Below, piece by piece: positions 26,021-38,955 of a stretch of DNA of 56,713 bases. Numbering within the stretch: position 1 is the stretch's first letter; every line of letters starts with the position of its first letter. The notes beneath the pieces are model-generated. The model was given only the letters and a program-made list of their open reading frames with translations. It was not told the origin of the DNA and made no database searches. Origin of the DNA: Seison nebaliae (Eukaryota); contig JALJEE010002595.1 in assembly GCA_023231475.1 (NCBI GenBank), positions 1-56,713 on the forward strand, in the 5' to 3' direction. The position numbers and the translations under genes are program-made.

Positions 26021-29000
26021 TTACATTTTAATTGTGACGTTATCATTGTGCAAACACAACTTCCTTCTGTCCACACTCAATGGTGGTGGAGTTATTCGCG
26101 AATGTTTCGAACGATTCAAACGATGATGTTTACCATTCTGAATATTACTTTCATCTGATGGCTGATAATTCTCTTTATCGTCAAAACATGATTGTTTATT
26201 GACCTTGGACGTTGTGGCGGAAATGGATGAGAGAGGTGGTCGATCTGATTTGAGATTATGTCTCCGATTTCTCAAATTGTTAGGCGTGTGTGTCAATGTG
26301 CCTGGGGATGAAATAGAAAAAGATGGAGAAAAATTAAAAGAATAAAATTGATTACCAGCTTCGAAGATATCATTGAAAGCGATATCTAATGATTTCGTCA
26401 TTTTTTTCGGACACGTCTTCCCAAAATTCTCTTTCTTACATTTGAATTTTGTATCACGTTTCAAAGAGACGAGACGAGATTCATTTGAGAACTGAGATCG
26501 TCTATTTTGATATTTATTATTATAAGAATTAATTGGCGTTCGACAATTCATTTTTGACGTTCGTTGAATATTCGATGATGTTTCCGATCTTTCTGTTAAT
26601 TTCACTTGACTATTCCTCGCTTTCCGATTTAAACAACTTCCATCCTTCAAATTTTGACTTCGTCTCAACACTGTTGTCACACCTGGTGTCAATTCAGTCG
26701 ATGTAGTATGATGACAAACAGATGAATTATTAAATAACGGTTTTCTCAATTGTTGTTGTTGTTGTTTAGTAACAGTTGTAGTAGATGAAGAAGCAGAAGA
26801 TGATAATTGTGTTTCATTTGTCTTCATCTTTTCTCCATGTCTTCGTCCATGATAACGATGTTGTTTATGTTTATCATTTGAATGTGATTCTTCAATCATC
26901 GCTTGATTTAATGGATCAGTTGATGATGCGATTGATAATAAACTCTCTTTATTTCTCTTCAATTTCTTCATTTCATTTAATCGTTTCGACGTTTTCCCAC
27001 TCGATGAATATGTCGTCATTGTTCCGATGGAGGAAGTGGATGTTGATGAACTTCCAGATGATTTCTCTTTCGATAAATAAATCGATTTTGATGATTTCTT
27101 CTCATATGAATGTTCATTTGGTGATTTTTTCTCTCCAATTGGTGGTCGTTTGGGAGTCATAGATTGTTCCTGAAGTACAGGAAATGGAACAGTCACTTTC
27201 TTGGGAACAAATTTTGGATGAGGAGGAATTGGTGGTGGAGGATGTAATGTATTCGTTGAAGAATTATCGTACGTTTTCTTTGTCGAAATATTTTCCGATA
27301 AAAATTTTTTATTTGTTATCGTTCCAATTGTCTTCATCTTGTTCGCTGAAGGTGTATCAGATTTTTGATTATTATAATAATTTTCAGAATCATTCTCTAA
27401 CGACTTCTTCGTATGATGATGAGAATGATGACGATGATGTGGACGATGATGATGATGGTGATGATAATAAGAATTGTTTGATCTATTTCCTTCAACAGGA
27501 CGAAGATTTCCATGACAAATGATCTCCTCATCCATTGGGAAATGAGCATCGAATTTCTTCAAATCCTTTTTCTTCTTCTTTTCATCTTCACCTTTCTTCC
27601 TCTTTTCTATTCTTTCTCTCTCATTCGATGAGACAACAACATCAGAATTCAATCTACTTCTACCTAATCGTTTTTCTTCAAAACAAGATTGATCCATTTG
27701 TAATGTTGCATTTAATGACTTCTTTCTCTTATTCTCACTCATTCCCAATAATCGTTTCGATTGTTGCTGTTGTTGTTGTTGAGCAGGTGGTTTTTGAGCG
27801 AAGTTGTTTGTCGATTTTTTATCGAGAACATTTCGAGTATTTATTGATTTGTGGTTGAAACGATTCAATAATTTCGAGAATTTCGATTGATTCGAATCGA
27901 AGAAAGAATGTTTATTTCGATTCAACATCTTTTCATTCTTCTTATAAATATCGACACTGGTGGAACGACGAGAATTTTTCGAAAATATTGAAGTAATTGG
28001 TCTATGTCGAACAATTGTCGAATTCGAATTCAACAAATTTTCATTTTCTTCTTTATTCGATTTCTCTTCTTGCTCCTGTTGTTGTTGTCGTTGTTGATGA
28101 TGATGATAAAGAATGTTATTGGAATATAATCGATTTTGATAATAATCATCATAAAATCGTTTGTCGACAGGCGATGTTGAAGAAGCGGATGACATAGGTG
28201 ATGTAGACGTTCCTTTGAAACAGAGAGAAGACATCGCTTGTCTTGTCTGATCCATAATAGAGCCAGTGGAGGCTGCACTAATCGTTGAACAATCACGACG
28301 ATTAGGTGAAGGAATAAATTTTCGAAATCTTTTCTTGATCGATTGAGATAAATCATTTTGTTTCAAGAATGATGATGATGATGATGATGTTGTTGTTGTT
28401 GTTGTTGTTGACATGTCATTGGAATGTAATCCGATTGAAGAAATTTGTGAAATTTCAGTTGGTTCATTCTCATCCTGATTTGTTGTCGTCATCATTGTCG
28501 ATGTTATTTGATCATTCGTTTTCGTTTTCTTTTGTTTTTGTTGTTGTTCATGCTTTTGACGGAGATAAGGAAAATCAATTCGTTGATCAATATTCTTAAT
28601 CATTACCGGTTGATTAATAGATAATTGATGTTTCTGTCTTATCGAACTTTTTGGACATTTGTCTGGTAACACACAATTTTTATTTAATTTATATTTCGAT
28701 TGTTCACCGATCGTTTTCGAAGAATCAATTTCATTCTGATTTTTCTTCTTCGTCTTATTCAGTCCAAATTCTGTAAATGTTACGTCTAATGAATTTTCTT
28801 GTTCTTCGAAATCTTTCCTAGATTTGTGTCGTCTCAATCGTTGATCGATCTGATTTCTCGGAATGAGAGTACGACGACCAATTGGATATTTGAGATTCTC
28901 TTGATCTTCTACATCTCTCTCACTCGTCAATTTCTCCACTTGATGATATCGATTAGGTGTTATTAATGAAGTTTGATTGATGGAGAGTCGTTGTTTCATC

Positions 29001-31151
29001 ATCAACTTTTTCGGTTGTTGTTCTTGTTGGTCGTTATTGGATGAACAATCGATGGAATCGGTGACATTTAATCGATCATTAAATGTAGAACATTTGGAAG
29101 AACAACTCGATTTATCTCCATAATAACTTCGATTATTCGAAGCGAATGGCAACGAATGATCAACAGATCCAGATCGACGTTTAAATTTTTGTGTGACAGT
29201 GGCAACGGCAATATTATAAAAATTCTTCAAAGACGCTTTCCTTCGTTGACTCGTATCATGAGATGAGATGAACATCGATTTATTCTTTGAAGAATGACGA
29301 TGATCATTTAATTGTTCGTCTATTAAATTATATTCTTCTGCTAATTGTCTGGGGAGATATCCCAATAATTTCGAATTCTCAATCAACCAAGTAATAATGG
29401 CCACCGTTTTATGAATGTGTAAAGCAGCCGTATTCGTTGAGGATGTTTGATGATCATTTCCTCCAGAACTGGCCGTACTCGTTTTTTGTTTATGTCCAAT
29501 ATTCTCATGAGAATCATCGGTTATGGTGGGAGCTAAACAAATTGCGATAGCTTTGGCATTCATTCGATTTTTCGATTCACTCGCTATTTGATTGAAACAA
29601 TCCATCATATAACAGAATGAATGAAGATAATATTGTGGCAACAGACAACAGAGACACAACAACAAATTTGGGAAAATTGTTATTTCCGAATTATTCTTCA
29701 ATTGATGTTGCTCTCTCGTATCATCAGATGAATGTCGACAAGAATTAATATTCAGATCGACATAACCATTTGATAATGTAATACATGGTAACATTAAATC
29801 CATCAATATCTTGGGTAAGATAGGAGGATTAAGTTGTCGAATGAAATCTTTCACTATCGCTCCCACATGAATACTGGTAAAGATGAAATCATTCATTTTC
29901 ACTTTATCTAATTGAGGAAATTCCATTTGAGTCGATTCATCATCTCCATCATCATTATTTGTTTTATTAGAAAAGTTGGAAGAGATGGAAATAACATCGA
30001 CCAATTCTTTCCGTTTCTCAAGATTTGGAATGTTCACCGATTGAATGGAAGTTGGCGTTATTGGATCTGGCATTTTTCGCTCGTGATCGTCAGTCGATCT
30101 CAAATCTCCACAATCATCACCATCTTCATCCATCACATTCTCATTCTTCTTATTCTCTTTCAACGAACCGACAGATGAGGACTTTCTTTCGATAATCGAC
30201 TTCTCATATGAATTCACCAATCTTTCGATAATATTCTGAAAGAATTTGATTGAATAGAACAAATAATTATAAAACTAAACCATTAATTTTATCGATTTAT
30301 CCTGTGTCGATTGTTTTCGAAATGTTCCCACTTCCGTATCATTTCTCAATAAATAATCAAACGCCAATCGAAGATGCCTAAAAAATTTTATTGAAAAAAA
30401 TCGTCGATGATATATCGAAAAAATAATTTGAAATTTAACATTGGCACATAAACTTCAACTCCATTCGATAATAATAATTTCGTTGTTCGATAATTGTCCA
30501 ACTTCCTCACTTGATTTTTCTCTTTGTTATTCTTTGTGATCTGAAATAATGAGAATTATTAAAGACAATTATACGATTAATATATAAGATGAATTAAGTA
30601 ACATTTAATCGATAAGATTTTTGTGGATTCTTCGACAAATGTTCCTCGCTAAGACATTTATTCCGTTTCTTATAACTCTGATTGATATAGGATTGGGCGG
30701 CGTTAGGAATATTGTAAAATGGAAATTTGAGGAGCATATCCGAACAATTCATTTGAGGATGCAACAACATATTTCCGTATAACAAAGAGAATTCTTTATC
30801 GAAATTTTTCATATTCAATCGAACGACAATCGACGGTTTAACATTCTGATGATTCATAACAGAATCATTCTTCCCACTTGTCGAACATATTGATGACGAT
30901 GTCGTACCAGTCGATGACGATGTCGATGCGACAAATGAAGAATTGTTCTTCAATAAATTATTGTTGTTGTTGTTGTGATTGGAAGAGGAGAGAATAGTCG
31001 TTGTATTTGATTGACAGAAATCGTCAGAATACAATTGAACTGTCCGATCTCCCAACAGTTTGTAAATGGCACATCGTAATCTCACATAATCACATTGGAC
31101 AGCGTGTTGATTGGAGAGAGATAAAATTAAACTATTTATGTTCTCTTTCAT
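26021..31151 (-). CDS. Large RhoGAP-domain protein with a long low-complexity C-terminus, 4 exons
   Basis: A spliced exon supplies the arginine-finger motif EVGTFRKQ. VGAIVKDFIRQLNPPILP and NRMNAKAIAICLAPTI are RhoGAP core motifs. Introns 30541-30602, 30378-30439, 30236-30280. Confidence 0.88.
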
Positions 31152-32077
31152 CTTCTCTCTTTGAATAATTTAAATCGCATTCATTTAACTCTTCTCAATT
31201 ACCAATCAACTCCATTGGTGTGATTTACGAAAACAGCTAACAAAAAAAAACTTCTATGAACAATTTGGACAACTAAAAGAAAATCACTTACGCTTAAATT
31301 CGAAAAACCGCCAAATGAAAATATTTACTAAATCCCTTTCAAATCACCTCTCTTTCACATGTACTGCAACTGCTATTAATGACAGAATTAAATTGAAACG
31401 TAATACTGTTACATGTCCCTCTCCATCCGTCATAAGAGAACTTAAAAAAATAATTTTAGGAAACTTAATGAAATTTTTCCTTCAAGTCAATTTTGAATAT
31501 AATAATTTCAACAAATGGAAGTCAATTTCAGACACTTCGATGAGAAATGTAATTGAATGACAGTTCTTGTATTTAACACTTTTTGGAGGATTGTTCTTAA
31601 AATTTAATTTTTTCCTATTGTTACTCATGTACTTCAATATCCATCGGACATTCATCCTAAAATAATTCCTTAAATTTGTTCCATAACATTACCGACTTCG
31701 ATATTCTCCTTCCTTTCTAATGAACATGTAAAGAATTTCCATTCGAAATTAATTCAAAATATTTCTTACAAAAATGTTTCGAACTTTCTTCTCGTCTCCA
31801 AATCTCGTGAATTTCCTCATTCGAATAAAAATAAGTTACGATGAAATCTTACGGAAATTAGACATTTCCAACCCAAACACTAAAGTTCATTATTAAATTT
31901 TTTCAGAACATTCCCAAAATGCTTATTTGTATCTGACAAATTATATTTGTGCAATTTGAGTTTTTTTTACTTGATATTTGTCCGATAGAAAAATGTTGGT
32001 TATCTTGGACTTAGATATAGTTTTCGCGTTAATATAAATGTCAAGCTGATAATTTTTTTTATAATTATTCATTAAAG

Positions 32078-32815
32078 ATGTACCACAAAATACCCATTAT
32101 AATTCTTATGACATTTCTCATCATTTTGTCCTTACTTCTATTAATATCATTAACCAGCAATGAATGGTGGGTAGCGGTTGAACCACATCGTTTTTCCAAC
32201 GTTGGTTTAACTCGAGTTTGCTTCAATCGATATCGCCATTGGTACGACTATTATGGGAAAATATATGATGGTTGTTGGCGATTCTGGTCACCGGAAGTGG
32301 AGAAATTAACCGATTGGATATTAAGACCATGGTTTCGAGTACTGATATTTATGGTAATAATCTCATTTCTCTTATCAATTGTCAGTCTGACTCTTACTCT
32401 TCTCTATCATCTCAAAGTGAAATATCGTCAAACTAAAATTGTTCGAATCATTGCGATTCTCATCAATTTGATTTTCCCCATATTATTGACAACTATCATT
32501 ATATTTGCTGTTCGAGCGAAAGATCGTGATTGGATGCCGAGACACGAGAAAAATTTCTATGGATGGTCTTATGGCGTATGTGTTGCTGCAACATTCGTTT
32601 CATTATTCCTCTCAGTTTACGTATTACTGTTCTATAAAGTGATTTATCATGAAGACTTTCCAGGTGATATTGCTCTTTATCGATCTGAACCAGATCATAA
32701 AATGACTCAAATGAAAATGCAACTAAATCCAAATTTAAAGACTGAATTATATATGAGACCACCTTCATCCAACATAACAGTAGACAACAATTATTCAAAA
32801 ATACCTTACAAGTAA
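32078..32815 (+). CDS. Claudin/PMP22 superfamily four-TM protein (invertebrate claudin-like), single exon
   Basis: W...GL...C...C first-loop signature (EWW...VGLTRVCF...DGCW), YGWSY before TM4, four TM segments. Confidence 0.85.
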   Translation: MYHKIPIIILMTFLIILSLLLLISLTSNEWWVAVEPHRFSNVGLTRVCFNRYRHWYDYYGKIYDGCWRFWSPEVEKLTDWILRPWFRVLIFMVIISFLLSIVSLTLTLLYHLKVKYRQTKIVRIIAILINLIFPILLTTIIIFAVRAKDRDWMPRHEKNFYGWSYGVCVAATFVSLFLSVYVLLFYKVIYHEDFPGDIALYRSEPDHKMTQMKMQLNPNLKTELYMRPPSSNITVDNNYSKIPYK

Positions 32816-33859
32816 AACGAATATTTCAATTCTATTATCTGTAAATAATCCACCATTCCGTTTTACCATTTGCTTCAATCGTTCTTCATTTATATTATTC
32901 TAATCATATGCTTCATTATTGACAATGACTAGTAATCTGATGATTCTCAATAAATTCCAATCTCAAGAAGTTTTTTTAAACGTTTTTTTAAATTAATTAT
33001 TATGAATAAAAATATTTTCGGTTTAAAATAAAGAATATTAAGTACGAAGAAAATTAAAAATTACAATGGTATAACAAGGAAAATTTCCGAAAACTAATAT
33101 TTCAAATTATTTTTTCGTCTATTGTACATAAGACTTCGAGATGGTCGCTCACTCGATTGTAAAATTCACTTTGAGCGAGAAAAGTCCAACTTTCTCATTG
33201 TGCAACAAACAATATTCACAGTCAGTTAATTTATATATATACCTATACCTACATACAATTATAATTACACAACATTTATACAAATGTACCACCCAAATAG
33301 AAGATCAAATCGTATACCGATTGGTGAAATCGGTATGTTTACTATCTACTATAAAATCAACTAACATTGAAATAATTTTGGTATGTCAATAATGTTGTTT
33401 GATTTATCGAATTAATGTCAAAACAAAACCTACTGCTTTCATTTAGTTGTCCACTGAACTTGTAAAATTGTAAGTAAAATTTTCTTTAATATAACTATAT
33501 GTCGTTGTATATCTCGTATATCGTATATAACTCTTTCTTATTCACGAAACCGAACTTTCGATTTAACGTAACTCATTAATACGTAAAACTCTATTATTTT
33601 ATTTTTAAATTCTATATTAAAATATTCATTATATTGTATTCTAGGATTTAAAGTTTCTTAATATTATAATTAAATTATAATATTTAATTATTAAAATACT
33701 TAAATTTAACTCTTGTTAGTTAAAGCTTTTTTAAATTACTTCCTAAATTATTTCACCATAGTTATAAAGTAAAAGCAGAGATATTTTATAAATTGGAAGA
33801 CGAAGCTTGTGAACATAACATATTTTTTTTAGATTGAAATAAAACTACAAATTGCATCA

Positions 33860-36665
33860 ATGATTTCGAGGCTCTATTTATGTCCCAATGATTTTGCGTC
33901 ATTCCAATTATATTTATTTGTGAAATATTCGGGGAGAAATGATATTCCGATCGAAATTAAAGAAGATTCTTTTGTTCCTGCACTCTTGCTAAAGAACGGG
34001 TCTCGGTTAATTACAAATGGAGAAATTTTGAGATTAATCCTCTCACAAGATCCACATTCTTCAAACGAATTACAAATATGGCTCGAGTGGTCAGAATGGC
34101 TCAAATACGAGAAAGTTTCTTTTTCTATTCCGCGTTTAATAATTACCTTACGGGCATTTTGAGAATTATGAGGATGAACTGAAAAATTTCTTTCGCCTGT
34201 TAAATGATCGAACGAAATCGAGTGAAATGACAGAGCTCTGTTCGATTGATCTATTGATGTTTAGTTTACTTCATTTCCTCAAGTTGACTATGACTAGTTA
34301 GTTTTTCTTTGTTCTTTTATTTCTCTATTACTATTTATTTCAGATGACAAATTATTAACAAAATATTATGATTATTACTTGACTAGAGATGAGAAATTGA
34401 AAGTAATTATTTCAAACAAAAATTTCCATCAAAAATTATCAGTTTTCTTTTAATTTCTATTATAAATCATCTTTCACAATTTAATTTTCATTCATAATTC
34501 TAGATCAACAAAACGTCATTATTGGAGAAAATGAGTCATTGGAATGGACAAAAAGAAGAGAAATCGATCCCAAGAAAAGTTGAATCTGTGACTAAAAAGA
34601 TGGAAAGGAAGAAACAAGAAAAAAAGAAACCAGAAAAGAAGAAACTGGAAAAAACAAAAGAAGAAGTTGATAAGAGTATAGGAGAGAATCTTCTCCAAAC
34701 TGATGATGATAAAAATTATGTTGATGACGTGAAAAAATTTTTGGTGAAAGATCCGGAAATTTGCGAAAATAACAAAAATGAATCGAGTCGAATTATGTTA
34801 AAATTTCTATTGATTACTCTTAATTTCCGTATAGATTACCAGAGAAGAATAAGAAGAACATTTTGATAACAAGTGCACTTCCTTATGTGAACAACGTTCC
34901 TCATTTAGGTAACATTATTGGAAGTACATTGAGTGGTGATGTTTTTGCTCGATTTTGTCGATTGAACAATTTGAATACTCTCTACATTTGTGGGACGGAT
35001 GAGTATGGAACGACGACAGAGAAGAAAGCTATGGAAGAACATGTAACGCCCGAACAAATATGTGACAAATATCATCAACTCCATAAGGAGTCATATGAAT
35101 GGTTCGACATCTCGTTTGATTATTTTGGAAGAACATCTTGTGAGAAGCAGAAAGAAATTACTCAAACAGTTTTCCGAGAATTATATACAAATAATTTCAT
35201 CGAATCACAAACTGTCACTCAATTTTATTGCGGGAAATGTGAAATGTTTTTGGCGGATCGTTACGTGATGGGAATCTGTCCACATTGTTCTTTTCAAGAT
35301 GCCAGAGGTGATCAATGTGATAAATGTTCGAAATTGATACAAGATCCTGTTAAAGAATTGAAGTCGCCATTCTGTACTAGTTGTGGAACAGAACCGATAA
35401 CTCGAGAATCGAAACATTTATTTATTAAATTAAATGATTTGAAAGAAGATTTAAATGAATGGTTCGAAAAAACGATCAATTCTCCGAATAGTCGATGGAC
35501 ATCGAATGCAGTTCAAATAGCAAAGAGTTGGATGAAAAAAGATCTGAAACCCAGATGTATAACCAGAGATCTAAAATGGGGTGTTCCTGTACCATTAGAT
35601 GGTTTTCGTGATAAAGTATTTTATGTTTGGTTCGATGCACCAATTGGATATCTGTCGATAACTGCAACTTATACGGATGAATGGGAGAAATGGTGGAAGA
35701 TTGATGATTCATCCGATCAATCGATCGAACTCTACAATTTTATGGCAAAAGACAACGTCGCTTTTCATAGTATCGTTTTTCCTTCATCGTTAATCGGCAG
35801 TCGAAATCGATATCGATTAGTTGATCATATAATTAGTTGTGAGTATCTCAATTATGAGAGTGGAAAATTTTCCAAAAGTAGAAATATCGGTGTATTTGGC
35901 AATGATGCCATGAATACGAAAATTCCTTCTGATATTTGGAGATTTTATTTGATTTATATTCGACCTGAAACTTATGATAGTCGATTCGAATGGAATGATA
36001 TCCAATCAAAAGTTAATTCGGAATTATTGAATAATTTGGGAAATTTTATTAATCGTTCGTTGACTTTATTAACGAAATATTTCGATGGAAAAATACCAGA
36101 AATTAATGATAAGTTGTTTGAGAAACTTGATAAGAATCTTATCGGAAATATAAATAAGAAATTAAGTGAATATATCACCAATTTCGATCAACAGATACGT
36201 ATGAGAAAAGCATTAACTTCAATTCTCCATATTTCTCAATTTGGTAATCAATTTTTGCAGATAAGAAAACCGTGGCAATTACTCAAACATACTGGAACGA
36301 AAGAAGAGAAGTTTCAAATTTTTTTCATTATATTTAAATTGATTTATTTGAACTCATTTTAATCTTTAGGGAAATTGGTCAAAACACAATTAATTTGAGT
36401 TGTCAGATGGTATGTCTAATTTCCATTTGTATCGAACCGTTTATGCCAAAAACTGCTCAAGAAATCAGAAATCAATTAAACCTAAAAAGTAAATTCATTA
36501 TACCGAAATGTTTCATGAAATTCCTCGAAGATTCACATGAAATTGGAAAAGTTATTTTTGTTTAACAGAAACAAAATAAATATTCATTTTCAGCCGTCAC
36601 CTTTATTCCAACGGATATCGAATGAAGAAATTAATGAACTAAAGAAAAAATTCTCTGGAAATTGA
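33860..36665 (+). CDS. MARS1: Cytosolic methionyl-tRNA synthetase, 7 exons
   Basis: ITSALPYVNNVPHLGN (HIGH-type), Zn knuckles, YVWFDAPIGY, KFSKS. Introns 34115-34163, 34297-34343, 34442-34503, 34797-34834, 36311-36369, 36551-36593. Confidence 0.95.
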
Positions 36666-36709
36666 ACAAAATTACTAAACAAAATTAAACTTAAAATTAA
36701 ATTAATTAA

Positions 36710-36733
36710 ATTATTTTCTTTCTTTTCCAATAG
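36710..36733 (+). promoter_or_regulatory. Candidate unpaired (trans-splice) acceptor 9 nt upstream of the PYROXD1 ATG
   Basis: ttattttctttcttttccaatag. No G, and so no GT donor, lies between the MARS1 stop (36665) and this AG. Confidence 0.55.
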
Positions 36734-36742
36734 TAAAAGTGA

Positions 36743-38251
36743 ATGAGTGAAGGTGAATATGTTGAGGATTCGGTGAAAACCGTTGTGGTTGTGGGTGGTG
36801 GAATTAGTGGATCAAGTGCTGTGCGTCATTTATATGAGAATCGTAATAAATTGAAACTGAAAATTTATTTAATTTCTGCTTCCAATTATGTGCAATTAGT
36901 GAAGGAACATCGAAGAATTGGAAGAGATTTGAATGAGATTTTCTTGGAGAATAAAACGATGGAACAAATGGATAATTTATCAAATTCTCATGTACATTAT
37001 ATTCGCGATGAAGTGACGTTGATAAGAGAAGGAGAAATATTGATGAGAGAAAAAGGCAAAATAAAATTCGATAAATTAATTTTATGTTGTGGGGCGAAAC
37101 CGATGGAATTGGAACAGAGATTGATTGATGGAAATAATTCGAATGAAATTTTAAAAAAAATTTTTACTATTCGAGATCAATTTTCTATTGATTATCTCAA
37201 AACATTCTTATCAAATTGTAATAAGATAACTATCGTTGGTGATGGTGGAATTGCATCAGTTTGTGCATATCAGTTGCAGAAATCGATTAGAACGATCGAT
37301 TGGATCATGAAGAAAGACCGAATTTGTAGTCCATTTGTCGATAGTGAAATCGAATTGATGTTATTATCAGATAAATTCCGACGAAGTAAATTGAAAGAAA
37401 CAGAATATATTAAACGATTGAAATATGAGATGGATGAAAATGATCATCGAAACATATCTTCAATTTGTGGAGCAGCATTAGGTCCTGATTGGGGTCATTT
37501 TTCGGAAAATGAGAAGGAATCATTAGGAAAAATAAATTACCACAAAAACAGCGATATCGATTCAATTTCTGTCACTAATAATCAATTATCGATAAAATTA
37601 AAAATTGGATCGATAATTCAAACTGATTTAATTATCGTTGCAATTGGTGTCGTAGCAAATTTAAATGTCGTTGAAAAATCGTTCACAGAAAATCAACTCA
37701 AATTATGCCAATTACATTCATTAACTAATGAATCGAAGAATCGTGAATATGGAATTGAAGTCGATAAATATTTGAACACATCAATTCCAAATATCAAAGC
37801 TGCAGGTGATGTTGCCTCATTGAAAATGGAGAGTTATGAAGATACTTGGTATCAAATGAGATTATGGAATGTGGCAATGCAAATGGGAGAGGCGTCTGCT
37901 CAAAATATTTTGCATGAATTCGCCCCCGATAATTTCCCTTCTCTTACTTACTCTCCTTTAGTGTTTACTCATGTTACTGAATTGTTTGGATGTCGAATTG
38001 TACTTTTGGGAAGACATAAGGAAGAATATTTTCTTCCCAACACTTTTGAACTCATCATCAAACAGACGACCGATGAATATATTAAATTGTTCGTAGATAA
38101 ACAGAGGAAAATAATTCGAGGAGCAGTTCTCATAGGAACGGATGGAATTGAGGAAATGATTGAAAATCTCATTTTTAATCAACAATCCATAGAAGGACTG
38201 GAAGATCATTTGTTGACAGATGAGATTGATATCGATGATTTTTTCGATTAG
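36743..38251 (+). CDS. PYROXD1: Pyridine nucleotide-disulfide oxidoreductase domain-containing protein 1, single exon
   Basis: VVGGGISG, IVGDGGIA, AALGPDW, AAGD, WYQMRLW, FTHVTELFG, ENLIFNQ and C-terminal DIDDFFD. Confidence 0.93.
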   Translation: MSEGEYVEDSVKTVVVVGGGISGSSAVRHLYENRNKLKLKIYLISASNYVQLVKEHRRIGRDLNEIFLENKTMEQMDNLSNSHVHYIRDEVTLIREGEILMREKGKIKFDKLILCCGAKPMELEQRLIDGNNSNEILKKIFTIRDQFSIDYLKTFLSNCNKITIVGDGGIASVCAYQLQKSIRTIDWIMKKDRICSPFVDSEIELMLLSDKFRRSKLKETEYIKRLKYEMDENDHRNISSICGAALGPDWGHFSENEKESLGKINYHKNSDIDSISVTNNQLSIKLKIGSIIQTDLIIVAIGVVANLNVVEKSFTENQLKLCQLHSLTNESKNREYGIEVDKYLNTSIPNIKAAGDVASLKMESYEDTWYQMRLWNVAMQMGEASAQNILHEFAPDNFPSLTYSPLVFTHVTELFGCRIVLLGRHKEEYFLPNTFELIIKQTTDEYIKLFVDKQRKIIRGAVLIGTDGIEEMIENLIFNQQSIEGLEDHLLTDEIDIDDFFD

Positions 38252-38364
38252 GTATATTTCCTTTCTCAACTCTTTTCACTATTCAACAGTTTGTTGAACG
38301 TACATTGACTACTTTGCGCCACACAAATCTTCTATTCTCTAATTAAATTATCATTCTCGTCGTT

Positions 38365-38744
38365 ATGAATAATTTTACGTTTCTTCTTACTGAAGATGGA
38401 TCATTATTGAAAAATATCATATTTCAAAATACTTCCACCAGAGTCATCCACATAGAAATCGCTCCATCCACAGCTAATATTATTATTAGTTCACGTCAAT
38501 TCTCTTTGAAAGTTTCTTTATTCTCTCACATTCAATTCATTCTATTTCTTTCTATTTTTTTGAGCATGGTAGAAAGAAACTGGTAAGAATGTCAGCTTCA
38601 GCCATTGCCGAAGGAGAAGATAAATTAATTATCACTTATTTTTTTTCCCAACTATACAAAGATATTAAAATAATTAAAGTTTATATTCTACAAGTTGACG
38701 GATACCATCAGAATAATCGACTATGTATGGCGATTGATATATAA
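38365..38744 (+). CDS. Small 108-aa two-exon protein, possible MSP/ASH (PapD-like) beta-sandwich
   Basis: Exon 38365-38511, GTT...GAG intron 38512-38564 (53 nt) and exon 38565-38744 give an open frame with an alternating beta-strand pattern. AATAAA lies just after the stop. Confidence 0.6.
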
Positions 38745-38955
38745 AGTAGTGAATCGTAAATAAAATTTTTCTATCATTTTACTGATTAGTTTCGTTAAAA
38801 TTATACTAATTATTTTAAAAATTCATCAACAGAAAACAAATTTAAATATTCGAACTGGATTTTAATTAGAATGATTAAAAATTATCTTTTTAATGTTCAT
38901 CATATATTTTGAATAAAAACTTCATCTGTTTGATCACTATTGGATAATGTGGTTT

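Noticed and set aside
26785..30178. Plus-strand ORFs (poly-M/V/D/L) opposite the RhoGAP, and similar shadow ORFs inside PAK, MARS1, PYROXD1 and SLC26
   Set aside because: These are antisense or alternate-frame shadows of trinucleotide-repeat-rich coding sequence, with no motifs of their own.
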